A program made the translations under genes and the position numbers. From Mobula hypostoma (Eukaryota): a stretch of DNA of 64,000 nt. Positions 1-13,359 of this stretch are shown here, piece after piece. How positions within the stretch are numbered: the first letter of the stretch is position 1; every line of letters begins with the position of its first letter. Below the pieces are notes generated by a model. That model worked only from the letters and a program-made list of their open reading frames with translations, had not been told where the DNA came from and did not search any database. The stretch covers positions 142,912,001-142,976,000 of the forward strand of contig NC_086097.1 of the NCBI RefSeq assembly GCF_963921235.1, given 5' to 3'.

Positions 1-1420
1 CATGATGAGACCTTGGTGGAGGCAGGGAGTTCCGTAGACTTATGGTCTGAGGGAAGAAGCTGTTTCCTATCCTAACAGTCCTTGTCCTAATGCTATAGTA
101 CCTCCTCCCTGATGGTAAGGGGGTAGGGGGTTCAAAGAGATTGTTGGATAGATGGGAGCGATCATTGACAATGCTAAGGGCCCAGTGTATGCAGCGCTCC
201 TGATAATTATCTCTATTGGGTGGAAGAGATCTGATAATCCTTTCAGCCTTGCAATTCCTGTACCAGACAGTGATGCAGCTCAACAAAACCCTCTTGATGA
301 TGCTTCTGTAAAACCGGGTTAGAATGGGAGAAGGGGGAACTTCATTTGCCTCAATCTCCTCAGGAAGTGGAGATGTTGCTGTGCTTTCTTGATCAAAGAG
401 GTGGTGTTGAGGGACCAAGTGAGATTGTTCGTGAAGTGTATCCAAAAAACTTGGTGCTCCTGATGACCTCCATGGAGGAACCATCTATATGCATTAATAA
501 ATGGTCAGCCTGTACCTTCCTAAAGTCCACAATCCTTTCTGTGGTCTTATCCACATTGAGACTCAGGTTGTTATGCTCATACCATTCGACTAGCTGCTCT
601 ACCTCCTCTGTTTAAACCATCTCATCATCATTGTTGATCAGGCCAATGACTGTTGTGTCATCAGCCACCTTGATGGTTTGGTTTGAACAGGATTTAGCAG
701 TTCAATCATGCATCAGCAGCGTGAACAGCAGTGGGCTAAGCACACAGCCCTGAGGAACTCAAGTGCTCAGCGTGATGGAGCTAGAGATGTTTCTGCCAAT
801 ATGGACTGTAGCCTTTCTGTCAAGAAACCTAGGATTCAGAGAGGTGTTGAGACCCAACGACAACAGTTACCCACCAACTTCTGAGGGATGATCGTATTAA
901 ACGCTGAGCTGAGGTTGATTTATCTGCATCCTGGCACACGAGGCACCATTTTCAGATGGTACAGAATAGAGTGGAGGCTATGGCATCTTCAGTTGACAAT
1001 CTGAGCAATAAACGAGCTGGAAAGGGTCCAGTGTATCAGGAAGATGGGATTTAATGCGATCCATAACCAGCTACTCAAAGCACTTCATTATTGTTAAAGT
1101 CAGTGCTACTGGACAGTAATCGTTGAGGCAGGTTACTGTCACCCTCTTGGGCATCGGAATGTTGGTAGCCACCTTGAAGTCTGAGGGGACAGTGGACTGT
1201 TCCAGAAAGATGTTAAAGATGCGTGTTATAATGTCTGTTAACTGTTGCAAACAACGTAGCCTAGAGACTCAAACCTTGGGTTGAACTGAAAAGCCACATC
1301 GCAGTGTCTGGCCATGACATCGCAATGTCTGTCATGTGCCACACTGAAGGTTCACATGAAACCTGCTACTGTGAATCCCTCAGCACCCAACAAGGTATGT
1401 TATCAGGCCCCGCAACTTTG
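1..1420 (-). mobile_element. Rex1/Babar-type LINE RT fragment, decayed
   Basis: Minus strand reads RT-like segments ([31 protein letters not shown]) with stops and frameshifts. Confidence 0.75.
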
Positions 1421-1859
1421 AAAGAAAGAACAGAAGAAATTCTTCCATTGCCCTGGCCATACTCAGATCCCAACTAATTCCACCAGGAAGAGATTAATTA
1501 GACATTTACCTCATACTGTTTGTTTTGTCTTGTCTACACAACCCCAGTGAATGCACTTCAAAAAAGAATTAATGTATTTGAAGCAATTAAAGATGTGTCT
1601 GAAAGCTGATGAATACATGTTCTTGCTTTCTAATTGGTGTAGTTTAAAGGAATCATTTAATTGGGAACAAGACAGACAATAACAAGGCTTAAATGCTATT
1701 CAAAGTATTGCCAGAGAGAGGATGGTTTACAAAAGCACTTGAAAAACAAACAAATTACTTAGGAGGCATGTCATTTTCCAGTTCTTAAAAGTTTTTAAAT
1801 ATCCAAGACTATTTCATTCAAAATTTGATGGCGTGGTATTTATATGACAAGACTAGTTT

Positions 1860-2175
1860 AAGACTAATAGCATAGAAAGTGAACATTCAAATCTCATCAT
1901 GGGAGTTTTGAGGACATAAATGTATGAAAAATAGATCTTATAAGTGACCATGAAGCGACTGAATTGTTATAACAAACTTTGGTGGGAAGGAAATCTGTCG
2001 CCCTTTCTCAGTCTAGACTATGCATGAATCTAGTTCCACATAGGATTGGTTAATCCTTAACAGCCCTTTGAATAGCTGCAAGTTACTCAGATGTATCACA
2101 ATGCAACACTGCAGCAATTAGAGGATGTCTACCACACTACAGCCTCTCAAGGGAAATTAAAGTTGGGTAAATACA
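1860..2175 (+). mobile_element. Deu-domain SINE (SacSINE1-like), old
   Basis: ggaaggaaatctgtcgccctt...tggttaatccttaacagccctttgaa...ctcaagggaaatta resembles the Deu core and 3' part. Confidence 0.55.
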
Positions 2176-2385
2176 ATAACAATATGCTGGAAGACAAGTT
2201 GGCAAGCCAAGGCAGTATCTGACAATTTACAATTAACATTTCAGGTCAAACCCTATCAAATAAGCAATAAAGTCTACATAATTTTTAAAAGATTTCCATC
2301 TAGATCAATTTGTTCCTGAAAACTGCCCACTATTATGCCCTTGATCACATTTCCTTGCTTCGTCACCTCCCCTCACTTTTCTCAC

Positions 2386-2610
2386 CTCAAACAAATAGTT
2401 CAGGGCATCTTCCTCATTGGTGACCAAATGGATGGAAAGTCCTTTGATACGTACACCATGGTCGTCCTCTACTATTGACATGTGTGTATCAGATGTTGGG
2501 CTGTCAGGCATCATGGACAGCAGGTCAAAGAGAGTTTCATTATAAATCTCCAAGTAAGAAACATATAAGGTGAGGGCAAGGTCTGCTTGTTCTTCCACCT
2601 CTTTAAAAAT
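2386..2610 (-). CDS. KIF9: KIF9 coding exon 4 (kinesin motor domain)
   Basis: 225 bp, ctacag/ATT...GAG/gtgag. Encodes IFKEVEEQADLALTLYVSYLEIYNETLFDLL...IKGLSIHLVTNEEDALNYLFE, containing the kinesin SYLEIYNE motif. Phase 0, in frame with the exon at 5810. Confidence 0.95.
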
Positions 2611-3038
2611 CTGTAGGCAAAAGCAAAGCAAGATTTTTCTTTGTGTTCTTTTTCAAGATTTCCCCTTTTCCTCTGTAGCAGTCTAGGTGGTGGAGCGAAT
2701 AACTGAAACAGGTGCCTTAATGCTAGTTATCAATGTTAGTATAAAATAGCCTATGTTCCAAAATGGATACCGTTTATGTTTTATGTATGGTACTTCTTCA
2801 ATTCCAATTTCATCGAAGGTGGACTGAGTGAAGACAGGCTCAGGTAGTGTATGTAGAAGTTCAATTGTATACAATCACACTTATTTTACTCAAAAATTGA
2901 TAAACAGAAATAAAAGAGGAAGTGCACTTACAGAGCACATCAAGGCCTTAGTACATCCCAAACAATTTTATAACTATTTGATATGTATTCGGTCACTATG
3001 GGAACACATCAAAACGTGTTGTAAAGAGAACTGACATA

Positions 3039-4574
3039 CAGTACCTTGGAAAAGTATTCAGCCCCTTTGTTCACATAAATGAGTATTACAACCAGGGATT
3101 TAAATCAAAATAACTGAGAATTTTTATTTGTTCACAGTAGAGCCCAAAAAACCCAATGAAAATTGTGAAGTATGAAAAATAAAATATTTAAAAACTGAAA
3201 TGTCAGCAGTTCAAAATTATTCATCCCCCCCAACTCTTGCTCAGTACTTAGTTGAGCCGCTTCTTGCAGCTATTACAGCCTGTGGTCTTTTTGGATAAGT
3301 CTCTATCAGCTTTACACAATGGTGGAGCAAGATTTGCCCATTCCTTTTTTGCTAAATTGCTCAATCTGCGCCAGGTGAGTTGGGGAGCAGCGATAGACAG
3401 CAATCTTGAGGTCTTTCCAGAGATGTTCGATCAGGTTAAGGTCATGTTTTTGACTGGGCCACTCAAAGACATCAATTTTCTTCATTAGAAGCCACTCCAT
3501 GGTTGCTCTGGCCGTGTGCTTTGGATCGTTTTCCTGCTGAAAGACAAATTTACTCCCCAGTTTAATCTTTATGGCAGAAGCTGCAGATTTTTATCCAGGA
3601 TCTCTCTGTATTTAGTATTCATCTTCCCATCATTCCTGGCCAGATTTCCAGTCCCTACTGCTGAAAAGCATCCCCACAGCATGATGCCACATCCACCATA
3701 CTTTAAAGTAGGGATGGTGTTACCTGGCTGGTGTGCAGTGTAAGATTAACGCCACACGTACTGCTTAGTGTTGAGGCTAAAAAGTTCCACTTTAGTCTCA
3801 TCCGACCAGAAGACCTACTTCTTCTATCTTCCAAGAGCCAGGACTTGCCACTCTTCCAAAAATATTCTTTTTGTGCAAGGCCTTATAGATTGTGCAGTTA
3901 TGAACTTCATCTCCAGTTGCAGCCACTGATTCTGTAGCTCACTCAGAGTGACTGTTGGCATTATAGTAGCCTTTCTTGCAAGTACTGTTCTTTTCCAGGG
4001 ACTAAGCTTAGAGGGGCGGCCTGACCTAGACAGTGTGGCTGTGGTTTCATATTTTTTCCACTTTTTCACAACGGACTACCCTGAGCTCCAAGGTACGTTC
4101 AGTGCCTTTGAGAAGGTCTTGTACCCTTCCTCAGATTTGTGCTTCGCTATCACCTCTCTGAATTGTCTTGAATGCTCTTTTATTTTCCTTTTGGCTTGGT
4201 CTGTTGGATCTCTACTATACTGTTTGACCTTACAGAGAAACAGGGTAGTTACTCTTATGAATTTTTTCAAAACAAGTGATCCTCCAATTTTCTACATCAA
4301 AAATAGGGTGAGTTGGTAAGGTAGCAGTATTTTGCATCTGAGGAAAGTTTGTGATTGCTATGCTGAGAGGATGAATACTTTTTCAGCTTCACAATTTTGG
4401 TTTTTAATTTTTGTAAATTGTTGAGGTTTTAGAATTTTTTTTTTTGATTTGACATGAAGCACAATGTTTTGTAGATCAGCTCAAAAATCCTACTTCAAAA
4501 TATTTTAAATTTAGAAAATGAGACAGTAAAATGTGAAAATCGTTGTGGGGGCTGAATATCTTTTCAAGGCACTG
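3039..4574 (-). mobile_element. Tc1/mariner DNA transposon, full length, inactive
   Basis: TA-CAGTACCTTGGAAAAGTATTCAGCCCC ... GGGGCTGAATATCTTTTCAAGGCACTG-TA termini. Inner direct repeats near 3205-3230 and 4365-4390. Transposase pieces HKSEEGYKTFSKALNVP, RSGRPSKLS, WPSQKHDLNLIEHLW. Confidence 0.93.
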
Positions 4575-5809
4575 TACAAGATTAGATCATGTTTTAGTGA
4601 TAATGATTAGAGGTAAACTGGAGAACAGCTCTACTTGAATGTGTCAGAAGATGTTCTAGTTCATTTTGGAATACACAGCACTTCAGTTTTACACTTAATT
4701 TGACATACTTCATCTCAACTAGGGCAGTGTTTCCTCAGTGTGCATTTTAGAATAAACTCCTTGGATGGGATTTGAATTCCTAACTTTCTAGTATGCAGGA
4801 AATTCATTCTTGCAGAGTAGAACAGAAATTCACTTATCATCAGCCTTTTCTTACTATCGCCTACCATTTCACAGTTCCTTTACTCCATCTTCCTATCCAT
4901 CCCTCATATTATTCTTGTTATCACTGATACCTTTGCTCTCTTATCACTTTCTGAATTCTGTTGTTACGCTGTCAAACAAAGTCATATGTAAATTAACCTA
5001 GGCTGTTGTTTCAATGAAGCTCTGAGATAATATTTTATTTCTGGTTGCATATCCTTATACCAAAGCTCTTTCCTCCCTTGAATAGATATTATCTCATACC
5101 ACTTTTTCGACATATGGGGAGTTCTGCTGTTGTCCTGTTTTATCTTTAACCAGTTATACTAAAAGATTACTTGGTCATTTAACTCGATTGTCCTTTAGAA
5201 GATCTTGCTGCTTTAAAATTGGTTGCTGCTTGGTCTACAATCCAATAGTAAATATGCTTCAAAAATAATTCTTTGACTATTCCAAGCATGTGTAGAGGAT
5301 TATATTAAAGAAAATTTCTTTCTGACTGGGATTTCCTTTCATTTCTATCCTCTAACTTCTATTATGATTTTGTAAGCTTTGTTTTATCCTAACAATAAAT
5401 CCCCTATGGCAGCGACATTAAATTTAATTCTGTGGTCACAAACAAGCCAGAGATATGCCACTTTACCTATTGGTGGTATGATATTCTAATGTTATGGTTA
5501 ATGTTATATTCATCTTTGGGCAAATTCTTCCTTAAAGTTCAAAACCAGAAATCACCAAATTTATACTCCAGTGATTAAATAAAACTAAAATGTTCATCTT
5601 TAAAGCACATAGTTGCAAGATTTATGAGATAAATTAAAGGGTTTCTGGTTTTGAGAATCTCCAAACAAAGTTATTGTAGGGTGTAGAACTATGATTATTG
5701 AATAACATACGGTGCAAGATAAAGAAGAACCTGTATCTGGTGCCCAGAGTGAACAGGAAATGAAATCTCTAAGTCACAATTGATTGACATTGTCCCTGCA
5801 AATCGGTAC

Positions 5810-5916
5810 CTGTTGAATTGCCCTGGGAATGATGCCACGGTACTCATATTTCTCTGTAGCTCCAGTCATTGTGTAAGTTTTTCCTGCCCCTGTTTGTCCA
5901 TAACACATTATTGTAC
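5810..5916 (-). CDS. KIF9: KIF9 coding exon 3 (P-loop)
   Basis: 107 bp, cctacag/GTACA...CAACAG/gtacc. Encodes TIMCYGQTGAGKTYTMTGATEKYEYRGIIPRAIQQ with kinesin Walker A GQTGAGKT. Confidence 0.96.
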
Positions 5917-6299
5917 CTGTAGGAAATGTGAAGGACAGTCATTTATAACATGGTATTGGTTTTCTGTCTTGATGAGAGAAGGAAAATTTACTATTTCTTC
6001 ATTTGTTGACCAAGGTGAGAGATTTGAACCTTGTAGAGCTTGAGTTTGGAGAAAGATGCCTAAAACTTGGACTGCATAATACTGGGGCACTATGTGAGTA
6101 TCAATAATTAAATGTTACGATGGCAAAATTTATAGTCATTCATACATCAATGCAGCAATTTGCAAAATTTGACCAACATATCTGTTTATGATATACAACA
6201 GTACATGTTAGATGTTTGGCAGAGACATGCACAAAGAGATACCATTGATGGCGCAATTTCCATTTGCAATATTGGTAAATAGAAATCAAGTCATATATT

Positions 6300-7090
6300 A
6301 ATTAGGTCATGTATTGTCTCCTCAAAAATTTCTTTATGATTCACAAAGAATATTTGTGGACTTATTGCACTTCGTTTTCAAGTCAAAGTTATTGTCATTG
6401 TGAACATTTAGCTTCTGGGTCATTTCAAGGGGCTGCATCTGAAACCCAGATATTCGAAGATCAACACCCTTGATTTTTTAATATTTATCAAAAACATTGC
6501 TTTGTTATTCTACTGAAATAGCTGACCTCATTATCGATACAATCTGCCCTGTTCTCCCCGAGTCTTAGTCTAATACACCACTGAATTTTTTCTGCACTCT
6601 GCTCACAGCAACACTGCCACCCAGCTTTATATCATCAATAAGCTTGAAAGTATTACACTTGGTCCCTTCATTTAAATTTTTGATCTAGATTATGAACATC
6701 TGGAGCCAAGCATTGGCACCTGCACTGGTTTACTGTCATAGTATCCCTAACTCAAAAGATGTGCTGTTATTTTTGAGATACTTAGTTCTTAGCTTTGGTC
6801 ACCCTGCAAACACATTATAGCTATCTATTTCTACTTGTGCCATTAATTCTTAACCTGAATGAGGCAACTTTAACATGTTTTCATTTTAATCCTGTTTTCT
6901 AGTTATCATTGTCTTTGTTCTTTTTTAACTTCCACTTCCTGCTGTTTCTCTTCTTCCTTAATAATATCCCTAATCCCATTAGCTCTTTTTTTCATAACCT
7001 TGTGCAGCACCTTAGCAAAGACATTGGGGAATTTCAAATGCAACACATCCACTAGTTTCTTCCTGCCTGTTCTGCTGGTCACAACTCTAA
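6300..7090 (-). mobile_element. CR1 LINE fragment, highly decayed
   Basis: ORF 6906-7127 resembles the CR1 RT segment VTSR...VDV.YLDF.KAFDKV.H. Confidence 0.55.
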
Positions 7091-8089
7091 ACATGCAAAC
7101 ACATTTGTCTAATGTGATTTTTTTCATGTGACAATATTAACTGAGGCACCCTCATCTGGTGAATAGTTTCAGGATTTCTGTTTTTATTTTAGATTTATAG
7201 CATCTATGCTTCTTTAAAATTCTTAATCTGGGATACCCCACTCCTTGGCTCCGTGCCCACACAATGAATAAATAATTTGCTAACATCTTTTGCCCAGGTC
7301 CTACTTCAAGAGAACAAAATGTGAATCCTACTCTGCACTTTAACTGTAATAGACCTCACTCTCATTTGTTTCTAAAAGCAACCAATGCCTACAACTAAAG
7401 CAGAAACAAGTTTCAATATTGTTGATCAGTTGATCATATAGGACAGCTGTTACATAGTTCCAAATCTCAAAAGGGCATCAATTCAGTGCCTTGAAAATAA
7501 TTCTAAGTTTGGATGTATGATCAAGTTTTAAAGATTCCATGGAGGTAATTCTGTTGTTAATATCCATGCTTAGCATAGAAGAATCATTCATTCCAATCAC
7601 AGGATGGTTAACATATGGGGGGGGGGGCAGAGGGGGAGACAACAGTTGTGAATTGTATTGGCCCAATGTAGGAGCTAGCCAACTAATCTCATTTCCTTGC
7701 TCCTCCATGTAGTATTTCTTTTTTTTTTGAAATAACTATGCAGCTATCATTTGAACATTTCTTTCCACTGTGGATTCTCTCATTGAAGTGTTTACACCTG
7801 ACAACTTGATTAATACCCATAAAATTGTATTTTCCAGTATTCGACTGGGCAGAAATGTTTTCTATCTGCAGCTCTCTCAGTTTAATTGCAAAGCCTTAAA
7901 GATCTGTTCCTTGTAATTGTCCATTCGTAGGGTGGGGTATTAAGACCAGGGAACTCTTCATATTGTAAGGAGCAGCAACATATCAGACCTGACTGGAAGA
8001 TCAGTAGGACAGGACATTCTGTCAGTGATGAGCTGCCTGCATCTACTGCTGACATATGTATGAAATATAGTTTCAGTTATATGATGTGA

Positions 8090-9600
8090 AAATCAGAATC
8101 AGGTTTAATATCACCAGCATATGTTGTGAAATTTGTTGCTTTGCAAGACATAATAATAAAAAACTATAAATTACAATGAGTATATATAAAAAATTAAAAT
8201 AAATAAGTAGTGCAAAAATAGAGGAAAAACAATGAGGTAGTGTACATGAGTTCATTGTCTATTCAGAAATCTGGTAACAGAGGGGAAGAGGCTGTTCCTG
8301 AAACGTTGAGTTCATCTCCAAGCTCTTGTTCCTCCTCCTTGAAGATAGCAATGAGAAAAGAGCATGTCCTAGACGACAGGGGTCCTTAATGATGGATGCT
8401 GCCTTTTTGAGGCATGACCTTATGAAGGTGTCCTCAATGCTGGAGAGGCTAATACCCATGATGAAGCTGGCTGAGTTTACAACCATCTGCAGCTTTTTCC
8501 AATGCTGTGCAGTGACTCCTCCATACTAGATGGTGATGCAACAAGGTAGAATGCTCTCCATGGTACATCTGTAGAAACCTGCAAGTGCCTTTGGCTGCAT
8601 ACCAATTCTCTTCAAACTCCTAATGAAATATAGCTGCTGTAGTGCCTCCTTTGTAATTGCATCAATTTTAGGCCTAGGGTAGATCTTCAGAAATGCTGAT
8701 ACCCAGGATGTTGAAACTGCTCACTCTTTCCACTGCTGATCCCTCGTTGAGGACTAGTGTGTGTTCCTTTGACCCTCCCTGAAGTCCACAATCAATCCCT
8801 TGGTTTTACTGACATTGAGTGCATGGTTGTTGTTGTGACACTACTCAACCAGCTGATTTATCTCGCTCCTGTATGCCTCATCACCACTTGAAATTCTGCC
8901 AACAATCATTGTGTCATCAGCAAATTTATAGATGGCATTTGAGCTGCGCCAAGCCACACATTTGGGTGTAGAGAGAATAGAGCAGTGGGCTAAGCATGTG
9001 TCCTTGAGATGCACCAGTGTCGATTGTCAGTGAAGTGAAGATATTATTTCCAATCTGCACAGACTTCTAGGGAGGAAGTCAAGAATCTAGTTGCAGAGGG
9101 AGGTATAGAGACTCACGTTTTGGAGCTTGTATATAGAACTGAGGATATGATTGTGTTGGACGCTGAGCTGTAATCAATAAACAGCGGCCTGACGTAGATA
9201 TTACTATCGTTCAGGTGACCCAAGGCTGAGTGTAAAGCTAGTGAGATTACAACTGTTATAGACCTATTCTAGCGTTGGGCAACTTGCCATGAGTCCATGT
9301 CCTGGCTTTGGCAAGAGTTGATTCTAGCTATGACCAACCTCTAACGTGCACTTTATCACATTAGATGTGAGTGCCACTGGATGACAGTCATTGAGGCAGC
9401 TCACCTTGCTCTTTTTGGGCACTGGTATGATTGTTGCCCTTTTGAAAAAGGTGGGAATCTCTGACTACAGCAGTAAGAATTTGAAGATGGCCTTGAACAC
9501 TCCTGCCAGTTGGTTGGCACAGGTTTTCAGAGCCCTACCAGGTACACCATTGTGATCTGATACCTCTCGAGGGTTCACCCTCTTGAATGTCAGCCTCCAA
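8090..9600 (-). mobile_element. Rex1/Babar LINE, 5'-truncated
   Basis: (gattct)n tail at about 8090. CLKKAASIIKDP...GHALFSLL C-terminal motif, with RT motifs upstream. Confidence 0.85.
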
Positions 9601-9659
9601 GACAGAGATCACAGGATCACAAATAAGGGAAGGACATACACAATGAATGGTAGGATTAG

Positions 9660-9900
9660 TAACAGACCCCCAGAACAATAAAATGGTCTCTGGATCTCAC
9701 AATCTACCTCATTATGGCCTTGCACTCATTGTCTACCTACACTGCACTTTCTCTGTAAATGTAACACTTTATTCTGCATACAGTAATTGTTTTTTTTTTC
9801 TTATGCTACCTTAAGGCACAGTTGTAATGAAATAATCTGCATGGATGGCATACAAAGTAGTTTTTCACTGTACCTTAGAACATGTGACAATAATATATCA
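9660..9900 (+). mobile_element. Rex1-type LINE 3' UTR fragment
   Basis: ctgcactttctctgtaaatgtaacactttattctgc...catgtgacaataat 3' end resembles Rex1-type tails. Confidence 0.45.
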
Positions 9901-9969
9901 CTGGGAGTATTGAGGAACACATTGATTTTCGTGAAGTCCATACATTCCTAAATTTGGCATTACAGGTAG

Positions 9970-10677
9970 ATCTCTGGCTATCCATCCCATAGGATGATGA
10001 TCGTTCCTTTCGGTCAGTTAATGGGGTTTGATATGTGCTTCCTGGAGTGGCTGTACAGGCCGATCCTTGACAGGCACTGCTTGCCACATACTTGGCAGGT
10101 GAGGCCTGGAGGGGCAGCAGGGGCAGAAGCCCTGTGCCTTTCCCGTTGCCTCGTTGAGCTTGTTCTCAGCAGCGTCCACACCTTTTCTGATGGCGTCCCT
10201 CCACTGTGAGTGATCTTAAGCCAGATCCTCGCATGTTGATGGGGCAATGCCAGCTTTCTCGAGGCTCCTGTGCAGGACATCCTTGTACTGTAGTCCCTGG
10301 CCTCCTCGTTTTCGGGTACCACTGGACAGTTGGCCGTACAAGATGTTCTTGGGCATTCTTCCGTCAGGCATTCTGACAACTTGTCCTGCCCAGCGCAGTT
10401 GGGCTGACATCACCAAGGTTGAAACTGCTGGCATTCCGGCTCGAGAGAGAACCTCGGTATTGGAGACCTTGCCTCGCCAGGTGATCCTCATCAGAAAACG
10501 CAGGTGATGCTGCTGCAGTTGGTCAAGCTGGTGTAAGTGTCTCTGATATGGGCACCATGTCTCACATCCGTATAACAAGGTTGATATGACAACGGCCCTA
10601 TATACCTTGCACTTGGTGGCCAACCTGATGTTCTGTGACCAAACTTGATCTTTAAGCTGACCAAAGAAGAAGGCACA
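9970..10677 (-). mobile_element. RTE-clade LINE 3' fragment
   Basis: TKCKVYRAVVISTLLYGCETW, QLRWAGQVVRMPDGRMPKNILYGQL and a C-terminal CQVCGKQCLSRIGLYSH knuckle. Confidence 0.9.
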
Positions 10678-10679
10678 TA

Positions 10680-10930
10680 CATGCAGTAGCCACTTTATTA
10701 TGTACCTCCTGTACCTAATAAAATGGCCACTGAGTGTATGCTCGTGGTCTTCTACTGCTGTAGCCCATCCACTTCAAGGTTCGATATGTTGTGCATTCAG
10801 AGATGCTCCTCTGTACACTACTGTTGTAACATGTGGTTATTTGATTTAATGGCACCTTCCCATCAGCTTGAACCAGTCCGGCCATTCTCCTTGGACCTCT
10901 CTCATTAACAAGATGGTGTCGCCCACAAAA
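10680..10930. mobile_element. Tc1-derived MITE (57-bp TIR pair plus adjacent internal-like fragment)
   Basis: TA-catgcagtagccactttattatgtac / tgtacctaataaaatggccactgagtg-TA at 10680-10736. Confidence 0.65.
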
Positions 10931-11009
10931 CTACCTCTTGTTGGAATACGGAGATTATGGTACAGTTTTATAACATATCGATTAGGCCACAGCTGGAGTA
11001 TCATGTACA

Positions 11010-11661
11010 CCTCAAGGCTGTGTGCTTACCCCACTGCTCTTCTCCCTATATACTCATGACTGTATGGCTAAGTGCAGCTCAAATGTCATTTACAAATTCA
11101 CCAATGATACCTCTGTTTTCAGTAGAATATCAGATGGTGAGTGATATAGATCAGCTGATTGAGTGGTACAACAACCTCACATTCAACATCAGCAAGACCC
11201 AAGTACTGATAGTGGTCTTCAAGAAGTCAGGAGAACATGCACCAGTCTTCATTGAGGGGAGGTGGTGGAAAGGGTGAACAGCTTCAAGTTCCAAAACATA
11301 AGCGTTTTAGGAGATTTGATATGTCACCGAAGACTCTTCCAGGTTTCAATGACTGTATGGTGGAGAGCATTCTGACCAGTTACATCACAACCTGATATGG
11401 ATCCTCCATACACATGGCTCGATCATGGACACAACCTTCCCTACCATTAAAGGTCACATTCATCATGTAGCATGAAAACCATAATGACTGAGGAGCAACT
11501 TCTCCTTTGTCATCAAACTTCTGAATGATCCGTGAACATTACCTTATTATTTCTTTTGTTGCACTGTTTATAATGTATAGATTTTTATGTCTTTGCACTG
11601 TACTGCTGCCACAAAACAACACATTGCCAGTATGTCAGCGATTATAAATCTGATTCTGATT
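11010..11661 (+). mobile_element. Rex1/Babar 3' fragment inserted in a CR1 remnant
   Basis: NNLTFNISKTQVLIVVFKK motif and ataaatctgattctgatt tail. Confidence 0.75.
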
Positions 11662-11721
11662 CAGTTCTGGTTACCACACTATACGAAGGACATTATTAAA
11701 CTTAAGAGGGTGCAGAGGAGA

Positions 11722-12960
11722 ATTAGATTAGATTCAACTTTATCGTCGTTGTGCTGAGTACAGATACAAAGCCAATGAAATGCAGTTAGCATCTAACCAG
11801 AAATGCAAAGAATAGTGTTACTTACAAAATAACTGCGAGTAAAAAGTAAGTGCTATAGCACACAAATATAAAAGTGCTGAGACAGTACAATATGAGTGCA
11901 ATACTGCTTAGCGCTGTGATGTGAGATTCAGCAGGATTACAGCCTCAGGAAAGAAGCTCTTCCTGTGCCTGCTGGTGCGGGAGTGGAGGCTCCTGTAGTG
12001 TCTACTGGATGGGAGGAGAGTAAAAAGTCCATGGTTAGGGTGAGATGCATCCTTGATAATGCTTTTTGCCCTGCCCAGGCAGCGTTTATGGTAGATGTTC
12101 TCAATGGTGGGCAATTGGGTGCCGATAATCCGCTGGGCAGTTTTTAACCACACGCTGGAGTACTTTGCGGTCTGATATGGGATAATTGCCATACCACACT
12201 GAGGTGCAGTTGGTGAGTATGCTGTCAATGGTACAGAGATGATCCTTCTTGATGCTCCGCAGGAAATAAAGGCGCTATTGCGCCTTTTTGATCAGGATGG
12301 AGGAGTTCAGGGACCAGGAGAGATCCTCGGAAATGTGGACACCAAGGAATTTGAAGCTTGATACACGCTCCTCTACAGCTCCATTGATGTAGATGGGGAC
12401 GTAAGTGTGGCTACTAGTATGCCTGAAGTCCACAATAATCTCCCAGGTCTTCTGGGTGTTAAGGGCCAGGTTGTTGTCAGCACACCACGCGGCCAGGTGC
12501 CGGACCTCGTCCCTGTAGGCCGTCTCGTCATCCCCTCTGATCAACCACCGTGGTGTCGTCTGCGAACTTGATTATGGAGTTAGAACCATGTACAGGAATG
12601 CAGTCATAGGTGAAAAGAGAGTACAGAAGAGGGCTCAGCACACAGCCTCGAGGCACACCGGTGTTCAGGGTGAGAGTGGAGGAGGAGAGGTTGTCTAACT
12701 TAACTGATTGGGGTCTATTAGTCAGAAAGTCCAAGGTCCAATTGCAGAGGGATGAGCTGATACCAGGCTGGCGAAGTTTGGCGATCAGCTTGGAGGGGAT
12801 CACAGTATTGAATGCCGAACCAAAGTCAATGAACAGCATTCTGACCTAAAAGTTGGAGCCATCCAGGTGGATCAGGGCAGAGTGAAGTGCCGTGGAGATG
12901 GGGTCCTCTTTTGACCTGTTGGTGCAACAGACAAATTTATGGGGGTCCAGGGTAGTGGGC
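11722..12960 (-). mobile_element. Rex1/Babar LINE 3' half
   Basis: [45 protein letters not shown] and an (aatct)n tail. Confidence 0.9.
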
Positions 12961-13359
12961 AGACAGAATCACCTGTATGTTGCCTGGGATGGAGTATCTC
13001 AGCAATGAGGAGTAGCTGAAAAGGCTGGATATGCTTTTCTTGGAGAGGAGAGATGGCTGAGTGAAGTCCCAACAGTCATGTGCAAAATGATGAGGGATAT
13101 TTTAGATAGTCAGATACACCCCATATCAGAGACTTTTAAAACCAGACTTCATATTTTTGAGGTAAGCAGTAAGAGAATTAGAGAGGATCTGACAAGGGCT
13201 TTTTCACCCTGAAGGTGGTTGGAATCTGAAACACATTGCTATCATAAGGAGGAAAGAACTCTCACAATATTTAAGAATTATCTAGATGAGCAGTATTAGA
13301 ATTGCTAGCTTGAGTATAAGGAAATAGTAACATCAGTTATGTATTTTTCTTTAGTGACA

